11,972 nt of DNA from Acidobacteriota bacterium (GTDB taxonomy: Bacteria > Acidobacteriota > UBA6911 > JACQSX01): the NCBI GenBank assembly GCA_036507075.1, contig DASXQR010000153.1, positions 1 through 11,972 on the forward strand, written 5' to 3'. Positions 1-8,382 of the stretch are shown one piece after another. The translations under genes were made by a program, and so were the position numbers. The notes under the pieces are model-generated. The model searched no databases and had not been told where the DNA came from. It was given only the letters and a program-made list of their open reading frames with translations. Within the stretch, counting starts at the first letter, position 1, and every line of letters begins with the position of its first letter.

Positions 1-2591
1 GCGCCGCGCGCGGGAAGATAAGTTGCCGATATGCCGATCGTCGCGAGAAGCACGGCAACGGCGCCAAATGTCGGCGCATCAAGGGGTGTGACACCAAACA
101 ACAAGGTGGCCAATACCTGCGCCAGCGCGACGGCCCCCGCAAATCCCACCAACATGCCGGCTACAGTCAACAGCAGTCCTTTTTTTACAAACATAGAGAC
201 CACATCACGGGGCTGCGCGCCCAGGGCAAGGCGCACTCCGATTTCCCGTCTGCGTTGGGCAACGGTGTAGTCCAGTACTCCGTAGATTCCGATTGCAGCC
301 AGGATCACCGCCAGCGCGCCGAAGACGACAATAAGAATCATCTGGAAACGGCGCTGAGATTTTGCGTTGGAAAGCAGGTCATCCATGCTCTGGAAGCCAA
401 ATCCGGCCTGTTCGGGATCGAGAGAGGCGATTTCCCGGCGAACAGCGGGTATCAGACCCGACGGGTCTCCTTCGGCTCTTACTACCAGAGTCATGAACGG
501 GGAAGGCAATTGCGTATGGGGCAGGTAGATCTCAGGCTTGCGGGGCGCTTCCAGACCGAAGTGCCGCGTAGCGCGAACCACTCCAACAATTTCACGCCAG
601 ACCCCCCGGCCTCGCACGGAATCGACGCTGACGCGCTTCCCGATCGGATTCTGATGTGGCCAGAAAGTGGCTGCGCCAAGATCGCTCACGATCGCGACAT
701 AAGGCGAGTCGGCCAGATCATGCCGATCAAAGAGACGCCCGGTCACCAATTGGATTCCCATGGTCTCGAAATAGCCTGCCGAGACCTTGGGACGGTTCGC
801 CTGCGGACCGTCCTCGCCTGCCGCTGGCTCGGATTGTCCTTCGATGCCGAAATCACCCTGGTCATTGATCCCTGTCAATGGGACGGAGTTGGAAACCGCA
901 GCCGATCTCACTCCGGGAAGCGCGCGCACGCGGCGGAGCGCTTCTTCAAAATAGGCGACTTGCTTTGGCGCATCTCCATAACGAGACTGGGGAAGGCCGA
1001 TGTACCCAGCCAGCAAATGCGCGGCGTGAAATCCGAGATCGAGGCGGACGACGTTTACGAAGCTGCGGATAAGCAGGCCTGCGCCGATGAGCAGCACCAC
1101 TGCCAGTGCCATCTCACCGCCCACCAGGACATTACGCAGCGAGAGGCTCGACGAACCTGCCGTAGAGCGGGTTCCACCCTCTTTCAGGGAAGTATGAAGG
1201 TCCGAACGCGCGGCGATGAATGCCGGCGCCAGTCCAAAAAGAATGCCTGCTCCGACCGCAACGATGGCCGTGAACAGGAGCACCGGTGTGTCGATCACAG
1301 TGTCCTGGAAACGCGGGATGCTGGCCGGTCCGAACTTGAGCAGCAGGCCAGTGCCAAAGTGCGCGATGATCAAACCCGCGGAGGCTCCCAACAATGACAA
1401 CAGAAGACTCTCGGTCAGGGTCTGAGCGATCAGCCGGCCTCGCGCGGCTCCGAGTGCGCCTCGGATCGCCATTTCGCGCCTGCGCGTTTCGGCGCGGGAA
1501 AGGAGCAGGCCGGCGATGTTGGTGCACGCAAGCAGCAGCACCATTCCGACGGCGCCAAGCAGCAGCAACATGGCGGGTCGAATCTTCCCTGTCAAATGAT
1601 CCTGAAGGCGCGCGACGGCTACGTTCATATTCTTGTTGGTGCCTGGATACTTCTGCGCCAGGCGCGCGCCGATCGTATCCATTTGGGTGCGGGCTTGCCC
1701 GACATCGACTCCAGTCTTGAGGCGGGCAATCGCCCAGTAATTATGACTGCCCCGTTGTTGCAGATCCGGTACCGCCCGCATCGGAATCCAGATGTCGATG
1801 GACACAACAATGGTCTCTCCGGGCACGCCTTCCGGAAAGCGAAACGATGCCGGCATCACGCCGATTATCAGGTATGGCCTGCCATCAATATTCACGTGCC
1901 TGCCGGCAATCCCAGGGTCAGCCGAAAATCGGCGCTGCCAGAGAGCGTGGCTGATAACGGCAACGGTCTCCCGTCCGGGCGTGTCCTCCCCGGCGATGAA
2001 AGTGCGGCCGATAGCCGGTCGTACGCCGAGAACGTCAAAAAGACGATCGGTGACTTCCAGTCCGAGTACCGAGTCGGCGCCGCGACCATCGTTCAGGGTA
2101 AGGAGACTGAAGTGATAAGCGGCCATTTCCTCGAACACTCGATTCTGGCTGCGCCAGTCCCGGAAATTGGGGAAGGACACCCAATCGGCTTCACCGCCGG
2201 AGCGAAGACCTGTCTCCCAGAGCTGGACCAGTCGGTGCGGCTCTTTGTAGGCGAGCGGGCGAAGAACCACCGAGCAGACAAAGCTGAAGATGATTGAATT
2301 GGCGCCGATTCCCAGGGCAAGCGTGATGAGAATGACGGCCGTGAGCGTGGCATTCTTGCGCATCAAACGGAATGCGTAGCGCACATCGCTTCGAAGATGA
2401 TCCCACCAAAGCTGCCGGCCGGCTTCGTAGAAACGCTCCTCGGCTCGCATCACGTTGCCGAAGGCCCGCACGGCGGCGGTTCGAGCCTCTTCTTCGCTCA
2501 ACCCGGTCTCGCGCAGCCGGTCGGTCTCCAACCTGACGTGCGCCTCAATCTCGGCTGAGAAGTCCTCGGGGGTGCGCTTCCGTCGGAACAT
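1..2591 (-). CDS. ADOP-family (acidobacterial duplicated orphan) ABC-type permease, duplicated MacB-periplasmic/FtsX domains; 3' end runs off the left edge
   Basis: Hand translation from ATG at 2591 gives MFRRKRTPEDFSAEIEAHVRLETDRLRETGLSEEEARTAAVRAFGN...DVRYAFRLMRKNATLTAVILITLALGIGANSIIFS. First FtsX motif LLLACTNIAGLLLSRAETRRREMAIRGALGA near 1450-1540, second YTVAQRRREIGVRLALGA near 215-270, and C-terminal YLPARGA at the edge, all in one frame. It has no stop in the window, which explains its absence from the ORF track. AGGAAG precedes the ATG. Confidence 0.95.
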   Translation of the reverse strand, partial: MFRRKRTPEDFSAEIEAHVRLETDRLRETGLSEEEARTAAVRAFGNVMRAEERFYEAGRQLWWDHLRSDVRYAFRLMRKNATLTAVILITLALGIGANSIIFSFVCSVVLRPLAYKEPHRLVQLWETGLRSGGEADWVSFPNFRDWRSQNRVFEEMAAYHFSLLTLNDGRGADSVLGLEVTDRLFDVLGVRPAIGRTFIAGEDTPGRETVAVISHALWQRRFSADPGIAGRHVNIDGRPYLIIGVMPASFRFPEGVPGETIVVSIDIWIPMRAVPDLQQRGSHNYWAIARLKTGVDVGQARTQMDTIGARLAQKYPGTNKNMNVAVARLQDHLTGKIRPAMLLLLGAVGMVLLLACTNIAGLLLSRAETRRREMAIRGALGAARGRLIAQTLTESLLLSLLGASAGLIIAHFGTGLLLKFGPASIPRFQDTVIDTPVLLFTAIVAVGAGILFGLAPAFIAARSDLHTSLKEGGTRSTAGSSSLSLRNVLVGGEMALAVVLLIGAGLLIRSFVNVVRLDLGFHAAHLLAGYIGLPQSRYGDAPKQVAYFEEALRRVRALPGVRSAAVSNSVPLTGINDQGDFGIEGQSEPAAGEDGPQANRPKVSAGYFETMGIQLVTGRLFDRHDLADSPYVAIVSDLGAATFWPHQNPIGKRVSVDSVRGRGVWREIVGVVRATRHFGLEAPRKPEIYLPHTQLPSPFMTLVVRAEGDPSGLIPAVRREIASLDPEQAGFGFQSMDDLLSNAKSQRRFQMILIVVFGALAVILAAIGIYGVLDYTVAQRRREIGVRLALGAQPRDVVSMFVKKGLLLTVAGMLVGFAGAVALAQVLATLLFGVTPLDAPTFGAVAVLLATIGISATYLPARG

Positions 2592-2595
2592 TGCG

Positions 2596-2949
2596 TCAGC
2601 TTCCTGTCGGCTCCGGGCCGAGAATTCGTTCGATCGCCGCCGCCAGCCGCCTCCAGCGGGTTGCCTCTTTGGCAAGTTGCTTGCGGCCGATTCTGGTCAG
2701 GGTGTAATACCTGGCCTTCCGGTTGTTCTCCGACGTGCCCCATTCGGCCGCAATGGCGCCCTGCGCTTCCAGACGCTGCAGCGCCGGATAAAGCGCGCCA
2801 TGCTCGACAAGCAGAGCATCCTGCGCCGTCTGCTGAATCGCTCTTGCGATCCCCTGGCCATGTTGAGATCCAAACACGAGCGTTCGCAGAATAAGCAAAT
2901 CCAGCGTCCCCTGCAGCAGGGCGAGGCGTTCATTCTCTTGGGTCGACAT
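2596..2949 (-). CDS. PadR-family transcriptional regulator (acidobacterial subtype)
   Basis: 117 aa with LLQGTLDLLILRTL...HGQGIA...VEHGALYPALQRLE...EWGTSENNRKARYYTLT..GRKQL, the typical signature. Its stop is 4 nt from the ADOP permease start, a known pairing. Confidence 0.95.
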   Translation of the reverse strand: MSTQENERLALLQGTLDLLILRTLVFGSQHGQGIARAIQQTAQDALLVEHGALYPALQRLEAQGAIAAEWGTSENNRKARYYTLTRIGRKQLAKEATRWRRLAAAIERILGPEPTGS

Positions 2950-2990
2950 TTGACCTGAATATACCCTTTTGGGTAAGATGTCAACCCAAA
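2938..2990 (-). promoter_or_regulatory. Putative PadR-operon promoter with two palindromic operator-like sites
   Basis: Minus-strand TTGACA at 2984-2979 and TATATT at 2963-2958 (15-nt spacer, short). Palindrome TTTGGGT-N9-ACCCAAA at 2968-2990. A related 15-mer overlaps the start codon (2941-2955) and matches the first site at 12/15 in inverted orientation. Confidence 0.6.
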
Positions 2991-3038
2991 GAACCAGAAA
3001 GAAAGCTGGAACCCTCGTGCTTCAGGGGTGAAAACGAC

Positions 3039-3140
3039 ACGGAGCCGCGACGCGTAAGCGAGCGGCACTCCAGACTGACGGGGCCAGGTCAGAAGCGCTG
3101 ACGATCCGGCACAGATTGACGTCGCTGCAACTCCAAAATC
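3039..3140 (+). repeat. REP/MITE-like repeat, solo copy A
   Basis: 3039-3079 matches 8383-8423 at 39/41 nt (ACGGAGCCGCGA.G.GTAAGCGAGCGGCACTCCAGACTGAC). Degenerate similarity continues about 60 nt further (GCACAG...TCGCTGCA...CAAAA). Confidence 0.85.
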
Positions 3141-3243
3141 GTGCCCTGTTCCGCTATGGTGAAATGCCAATCACGTTAATTACTCGAGGAGGGTTTGATC
3201 GCGTAGAGTGCCTGGTCGGCGCCGGAAATTCTTTGCACTGATC

Positions 3244-3285
3244 TGACAATTTCATGACATTTCAGCCGTCGGAAGGATTTACAAT
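3244..3285 (+). promoter_or_regulatory. Putative response-regulator binding site (TGACA-N6-TGACA) with a downstream -10-like TACAAT
   Basis: TGACAATTTCATGACA at 3244-3259 has an 11-bp period and is 14/16 identical to 6071-6086. TACAAT at 3280-3285. Confidence 0.55.
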
Positions 3286-3434
3286 TCGAGTCAGATAAGC
3301 CCCAGCGCCTGGTCGCGCACGTTCGTGTATGAGATTTACGACAGAGACAAAGACGATAGAAGATTTGAAGAAGTTTTTTCTCACTCTGTGCCCTCTACAA
3401 CCACATTTCACGATCCGGTAACTGGAACGGCACT

Positions 3435-5333
3435 TTGATCCGCAACGCCAGACATAAGCGTCAACTCCTTCTTTTCATAACGGCAATTCTACTGCCCGCG
3501 GCGGTGCTGATCGCCCTGGCGGTGCAAGTGCTTCGCCAGGACACTGAACTGAGCGAAAAGCGAGCTCTCGACGACAGACAGGCTGCCCGGGACCAACTCC
3601 GCCGCGAGTTGGCGGCCCGCCTTGAAGCAGTCAAGCTCCAGGAAATGAACCTTCGAATACAGTCACCTTCGGTGCCGACCCGCAGGTGGGCTGCGATTTC
3701 GCCGATTGTTCTGGTGGCCGCGCTCGAGCAAGATCACATGGTCTTTCCCTGGGTGTCGCGGATTCGGGGCTGCGGGATTCCCTCACCCTTGTTTGCACAG
3801 CATCGTCAGAAAGGAGAGGCGGAGGAATTCATCAGCAAGAACTCCGCGGCCGCGGTCGCCGCGTATCGAGCTGCACTGGCGGCCGCTCACTGCCCTTCTG
3901 AGATCTGTGAGGCGCGCCTCCTGCTGGCTCGAAACCTGATCAAGATGGGAATGACTGACGAGGGAGTCGCCGGCTACCGCGTCATACTGAACCAGTGCGG
4001 CGCCGAGTTCGACGAAGAAGGCGTCCCGGTGCGATTATACGCGGCTGAGAGGTTGATGCAGGCGGGACGCGAGTCGGCAGCCGTGCAGGCAGCCCTGATG
4101 GAAGAAGGGAGCAGGCTCCGTTGGCGTTCCCCGGCTGAGGCGTATATGTTGAATTCACTGCTGCATTCGCTGCCGGGAGAATTGGCGGCGCAGGCGCGGC
4201 GCAATCTGGAGATCAATATCCATGAGATGGAGCAGATCGGCGCGCTGGCCCGCGACCTGTCGCTCGTTCGGGCGCGCATGCAAGCCGGAGCGGCGCAAGG
4301 GAGAGACTCGGTCTGGGTAGCTTACGGAAACGAGCCCTGGCTGGTGACCGTGACACCGCCGGCGCCGCCGATCAGCGCTCTGGTTTTCGTCATCTCTTCG
4401 CGAAAAGTTGCGCCGCCGGGCACCCGGCTTGTCGCCCATGCCGCCGATGCGACGGATTCTTTGGGCGAGAGCTTTCCAGGACTGAATGTGGAATGGAAAG
4501 CCGGGCGGTTCGCTGCGGCGAAAACAACAGGCCGCCTCGCCGCCCTGTATCTGGCGGGCTTGGCTCTCATTCTCGGCATCACGCTGTTCGGCGGATATCT
4601 GCTGCTGCGCGACGTCAATCGGGACATGCGAATGGCCGAAATGCGTTCGCAGTTTGTTGCCAGCGTTTCTCACGAGCTCAAGACGCCGATTACGGCGATT
4701 CGCATGTTCGCCGAAACTTTGGCGCTCGGTCGGGGAAACGAAGAACAGATCCGCGCCGAGTACCTGGAGACGATCGTACAGGAAAGCGAGCGCCTGGCGC
4801 GCCTGGTCGACAACGTGCTCGATTTCTCCAAGATCGAGCAGGGCAAGAAGATCTACCGTATGCGACCGACCAGCCTGCAGGATGTGATCCGCTCGGCCGC
4901 CCGGGCGATGCAGTATCCGTTGGCGCAGCAGGGTTTTACATTGCAGGTTTCCATCGATGACGAAGTTCCCGCATTGCAGGCCGATTCCGATGCGATGCAG
5001 CAGGCGGTGCTGAATTTGCTCACCAATGCGATGAAGTACTCGGGCGAAGCTCGCGAGATTGAATTACGCCTTGGCGCCGTCAATGGCGATGCGGTTATCG
5101 AAGTGTCAGATCGCGGTTTGGGGATCGCGCGGGAAGACCAGGCCCGCATTTTCGAGAAATTCTACCGCATCCCGTCTCCCCAAAACGCTCTGATCGCGGG
5201 TACGGGGCTCGGCTTGACCCTGGTGGCCCATATCGCGGCAGCACACGGCGGGCGTGTCGGCGTGCAAAGCGCGCCGGGCCAGGGCAGCACGTTTTCGATA
5301 CAGATTCCTGTGCGATCGGAGGGGCGCGCATGA
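3435..5333 (+). CDS. Membrane sensor histidine kinase (HisKA + HATPase_c) with periplasmic TPR-like region
   Basis: N-terminal TM LLLFITAILLPAAVLIALAV, second TM LAALYLAGLALILGITLFGGYLLL, H-box ASVSHELKTP, N-box NLLTNAMKY, G1 DRGLGI, F-box IFEKFYR, G2 GTGLGL. TTG start, exact start uncertain. The stop overlaps the next ATG (ATGA). Confidence 0.95.
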   Translation: MIRNARHKRQLLLFITAILLPAAVLIALAVQVLRQDTELSEKRALDDRQAARDQLRRELAARLEAVKLQEMNLRIQSPSVPTRRWAAISPIVLVAALEQDHMVFPWVSRIRGCGIPSPLFAQHRQKGEAEEFISKNSAAAVAAYRAALAAAHCPSEICEARLLLARNLIKMGMTDEGVAGYRVILNQCGAEFDEEGVPVRLYAAERLMQAGRESAAVQAALMEEGSRLRWRSPAEAYMLNSLLHSLPGELAAQARRNLEINIHEMEQIGALARDLSLVRARMQAGAAQGRDSVWVAYGNEPWLVTVTPPAPPISALVFVISSRKVAPPGTRLVAHAADATDSLGESFPGLNVEWKAGRFAAAKTTGRLAALYLAGLALILGITLFGGYLLLRDVNRDMRMAEMRSQFVASVSHELKTPITAIRMFAETLALGRGNEEQIRAEYLETIVQESERLARLVDNVLDFSKIEQGKKIYRMRPTSLQDVIRSAARAMQYPLAQQGFTLQVSIDDEVPALQADSDAMQQAVLNLLTNAMKYSGEAREIELRLGAVNGDAVIEVSDRGLGIAREDQARIFEKFYRIPSPQNALIAGTGLGLTLVAHIAAAHGGRVGVQSAPGQGSTFSIQIPVRSEGRA

Positions 5334-6010
5334 CCACTGTTCTGGTTGTGGAAGACGATCCTTCCATTCTCCGTGGCCTGGCAGACAATTTGCGATGCGA
5401 AGGTTACGACGTTCTCACGGCTTCCGACGGCGAGACAGGCCGCAAGATGCAACAGGAAAAGAGCCCCGACCTGATTGTTCTTGATTTGATGCTGCCACGC
5501 GTCAGCGGGCTGGAGTTGTGCCGGAAACTGCGCGCCGACGGCGTGCAGACGCCCATCCTGATGCTGACGGCCCGGAGCGAAGAAGCGGACCGCGTGCTGG
5601 GACTCGATTTAGGCGCCGACGACTACGTGACCAAGCCGTTTTCGGTGCGCGAGCTGATGGCCCGTATTCGCGCCATCCTGCGCCGCACGCAAACACAGAC
5701 CAACCTTCCCGATGAGCTGCGTTTTGCGGATGTGGAGATCGACTTCCGAAAATACGAGGCTCGGCGACGCGGTTCGCCTGTCGAGATGACGCGCAAGGAA
5801 TTTGCCATTCTGCGGCTGCTGGCCGCTCGCGCAGGCGAGGTGATTACGCGCGATGAGCTGCTCAACGAAGTGTGGGGATTTGAATCCTATCCGGTCAGTC
5901 GCACCGTGGATAACCACGTCGCGGGCTTGCGCGCCAAGCTGGAACGCGACGCATCGCGTCCCGAACATATCAAAACGGTGCACGGAGTCGGATATAAGTT
6001 CGTGGCCTGA
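5330..6010 (+). CDS. OmpR/PhoB-family response regulator (REC + winged helix)
   Basis: VLVVEDD, phosphoacceptor DLMLP, GADDYVTKPF, and the Trans_reg_C motifs MTRKEFAILRLL, VITRDELLNEVWG, RTVDNHVAGLRAKLE, IKTVHGVGYKF. Overlaps the kinase stop by 4 nt. Confidence 0.97.
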   Translation: MTTVLVVEDDPSILRGLADNLRCEGYDVLTASDGETGRKMQQEKSPDLIVLDLMLPRVSGLELCRKLRADGVQTPILMLTARSEEADRVLGLDLGADDYVTKPFSVRELMARIRAILRRTQTQTNLPDELRFADVEIDFRKYEARRRGSPVEMTRKEFAILRLLAARAGEVITRDELLNEVWGFESYPVSRTVDNHVAGLRAKLERDASRPEHIKTVHGVGYKFVA

Positions 6011-6070
6011 ATCAAAAAATGGCCGCTGGTTTACACGGATTAATACCGGACTAATATCGGCGCCGAGGGA

Positions 6071-6098
6071 TGACGATTCCATGACAAAGAATTTGCCA
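6071..6098 (+). promoter_or_regulatory. Second copy of the putative response-regulator binding site
   Basis: TGACGATTCCATGACA at 6071-6086 (11-bp period, 14/16 to 3244-3259), followed by TTGCCA at 6093-6098, in the intergenic gap before the propeller gene. Confidence 0.55.
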
Positions 6099-6196
6099 CT
6101 TTTGTACGTTCCTCCCAGATCCCCGTGAAGACAGGTCAGGATCTGAGAACGTATCGTGGGGCTGCCACAACGAAGTGGACGAAAGGAGATGCAGCC

Positions 6197-8359
6197 ATGA
6201 AGAAGGGAATAGGAATCGGGGTGCTGACGTTCTTCTCGCTATGTGCGATCGCGCTCGCGGCGGAGACAGCTCAGGAGTTGTTTCAGAAAGCACTGGTAAA
6301 AGAACGTGCGGCAGGAAATCTGGAAGAGGCAATCGAACTTTATCAGAGGGTCGCGCGGGAATCCCGCATCGATCGTGCCCTGGCAGCGAAGGCATTGCTG
6401 GCCGCCGGCCGTTGCTACGAAAAGCTCGGGGGGAACAGGGCAACCAGACTGTATGAGGAAGTAGCGCAAAAATACGCCGACCAACCCGAACAGGCGGCGG
6501 CGGCCCGCAGCAGGCTTGCGGCGCTGGCGAGCAGTGGAAAACCGAAGATTCTCGACATATCCGCCGGGCTGCTCGGGCGTCAGATTTCAGTGCCGCCCCA
6601 CGCCATGTATCCTTACTCTGACGGTTCGCAAACCTATTACGTGGATACTGTTTCCGACAGTCTGTTGAGCATCGGTCTGGGAGGCACACGAGGCCGGCTG
6701 ATTTTCAGGCGGCCTCCTGACTGCGAATGCGGAAACATCAGAGGTTTTTCTGTCTCTCCAGACGGGAAGCAGATTGCTATGAGCCTGGACGGCCTTGGAA
6801 AACCCGCGTTTGGCTTTGTCCAAACGGACGGGACTGGTTTCCGTCTTTTTCATAAGAAGCGAGTGGGCGCCATGCAGCCGGTGTGGGGCTGGTCACCCGA
6901 CAGCACGCGCGTTTTGGCGTCGATCAGGGAAGATGACGGCTCGTTTTCGCTGGTCAGCTTCGCGGTCCGCGATGGCTCCTTCCGAAAGCTCGCCAATTTC
7001 AGCCAGTCTTCACCAAGGGGGGCGAAATATTCACCGGATGGGAATTATGTTGCCTGCACTCTTGTACAGGGCGACCCGGGGCCCAGCCACGTCCGTGATG
7101 AAGAAGAAGTTCTTCTTATGGCCGCAGACGGAAGCAATCTGCACAAGCTCGTCGAAAACTCCGGCGCCAACCGCTTTCTCGATTGGACTACCGACGGGCG
7201 TTCTGTGCTCTACATGAACGCCCGCTCAGGAAGCCAGGCTATTTACGCCCTTCCAGTTTCCGCCGGGAAAGCCAATGGCGTGCCCATTCTCATCACCAGG
7301 ATCATGCATCCCGCCCAATCCGCGTCGATGACTCGGGACGGAACTCTGCTCTACACCGGAGTGCAGACTCGAGACGACATCTACCGTGTCAAGCTCGACC
7401 CGAACAGCGGAAAAATGCTTGGAGACCCGGAGCCGGTTTCCAACCGTTTGTTCGACACGCGCTATACGGGGACATGGTCGCGCGACGGCCGTTATCTTGC
7501 CTATGTCAACAAGAAGGGATCCAGCACCGAGGTTGTGCTCACCATACAAGAGATCGAATCAGGCGTAGAGCGCGAGATTGCGCTTCCCAATCTTCGCGTG
7601 CCGGATGCAAGCAATCGTCCTCCGATCCACAACGTAATGCTGAGTCAAAACGCAGTGCCGATCGCCCTGGTCTGGTCTCCGGAAGGGGCTGAGCTGTACT
7701 TCGCTTTCAATGACAGTGATACGCAGGCAATCTCGGTGCAGCGGGTTTCAATGCAATCTGGCGAATGCACCCAGCTCGTAAAACTGCCAAAGAGCCCGAT
7801 AGCTGAGCTGTCTCCGATCGGGCGAAATCGAAGAGTGGATGATATGTGGGTGTCAAGCGGGGGCCTTCTGATCAGATTTTCGGATCCAGTCGGGCGGCAG
7901 CGGTATCGTACCGGCTTGCTCCGCCTCGATTTGGCCACTCTGGAGGTAACAGAAATCATCTCGAAGGATATAGCCTACGAAATCGCACTCTCTCCCGATG
8001 GTCGGCGGGCGGCTGCCCTGGATGGAATGCAGCAACGAACCATCAGCACAAAAGAGACCGCCGGTGGCGATTGGAAAGTGATCGCAACGATGCCTGCCGG
8101 GGCTGTGCTCGATCTCCGGTGGATGCCGGACGGAACGTCATTGCGATTTATCGAGGAAACTCCTGCCGGCGCCATTCTGTGGCGCATTCCCGCGGAAGGC
8201 GGAGAAATGGAAAAGCTCGGCGAGACAACGGGCCTGATGCATATGCATCGGTTCCAGGTCCATCCGGACGGCACGCAGGCGCTGTTTCACACGCAACTGG
8301 TGCGCGCCGAGCTCTGGGCGATCGGCAACTTCCTGCCCAAGTTAAACGCAGCCCATTAA
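6197..8359 (+). CDS. Secreted/periplasmic protein: signal peptide, N-terminal TPR, PD40/TolB-like beta-propeller repeats (720 aa)
   Basis: ATG at 6197 has AAGGAG 8 nt upstream and opens a Sec-type signal MKKGIGIGVLTFFSLCAIALA-AE. TPR: ELFQKALVKERAAGNLEEAIELYQRV...AKALLAAGRCYEKLG. About ten PD40-like motifs: SPDGKQIA, WSPDSTRV, YSPDGNYVA, WTTDGRSV, MTRDGTLL, WSRDGRYLAY, WSPEGAEL, LSPDGRRA, WMPDGTSL, VHPDGTQA. Confidence 0.88.
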   Translation: MKKGIGIGVLTFFSLCAIALAAETAQELFQKALVKERAAGNLEEAIELYQRVARESRIDRALAAKALLAAGRCYEKLGGNRATRLYEEVAQKYADQPEQAAAARSRLAALASSGKPKILDISAGLLGRQISVPPHAMYPYSDGSQTYYVDTVSDSLLSIGLGGTRGRLIFRRPPDCECGNIRGFSVSPDGKQIAMSLDGLGKPAFGFVQTDGTGFRLFHKKRVGAMQPVWGWSPDSTRVLASIREDDGSFSLVSFAVRDGSFRKLANFSQSSPRGAKYSPDGNYVACTLVQGDPGPSHVRDEEEVLLMAADGSNLHKLVENSGANRFLDWTTDGRSVLYMNARSGSQAIYALPVSAGKANGVPILITRIMHPAQSASMTRDGTLLYTGVQTRDDIYRVKLDPNSGKMLGDPEPVSNRLFDTRYTGTWSRDGRYLAYVNKKGSSTEVVLTIQEIESGVEREIALPNLRVPDASNRPPIHNVMLSQNAVPIALVWSPEGAELYFAFNDSDTQAISVQRVSMQSGECTQLVKLPKSPIAELSPIGRNRRVDDMWVSSGGLLIRFSDPVGRQRYRTGLLRLDLATLEVTEIISKDIAYEIALSPDGRRAAALDGMQQRTISTKETAGGDWKVIATMPAGAVLDLRWMPDGTSLRFIEETPAGAILWRIPAEGGEMEKLGETTGLMHMHRFQVHPDGTQALFHTQLVRAELWAIGNFLPKLNAAH

Positions 8360-8382
8360 GTCTTTTCCGTGTGCATGCGCCA

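Noticed and set aside
1441..1452. Minus-strand CGGAGCCGCG matching the start of the REP-like repeat
   Set aside because: Only about 10 nt, and it encodes the conserved LGAA of the permease; coincidental.
255..2297. Long plus-strand ORFs 255-1397 (380 aa) and 1596-2297 (233 aa)
   Set aside because: They are in exact antisense codon register with the ADOP permease, a common shadow in GC-rich DNA, and show no recognisable motifs.
3011..3029. Short hairpin ACCCTCGTGCTTCAGGGGT, vaguely like an IS200/IS605 end
   Set aside because: The stem is short and imperfect, with no partner end or transposase.
2455..3170. ORFs 2455-2958 (+), 2498-2743 (-), 2661-2894 (+) and 2697-3170 (-)
   Set aside because: They overlap the clearly real PadR or permease genes, or translate the repeat element.
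6125..6196. Track start (GTG 6125) for the propeller protein
   Set aside because: ATG 6197 has a well-spaced AAGGAG and places the signal peptide at the N-terminus.
6197..8359. Calling the propeller protein TolB or an S9/S41 peptidase
   Set aside because: No tol-pal context or TolB N-terminal domain, and no peptidase catalytic domain follows the propellers.
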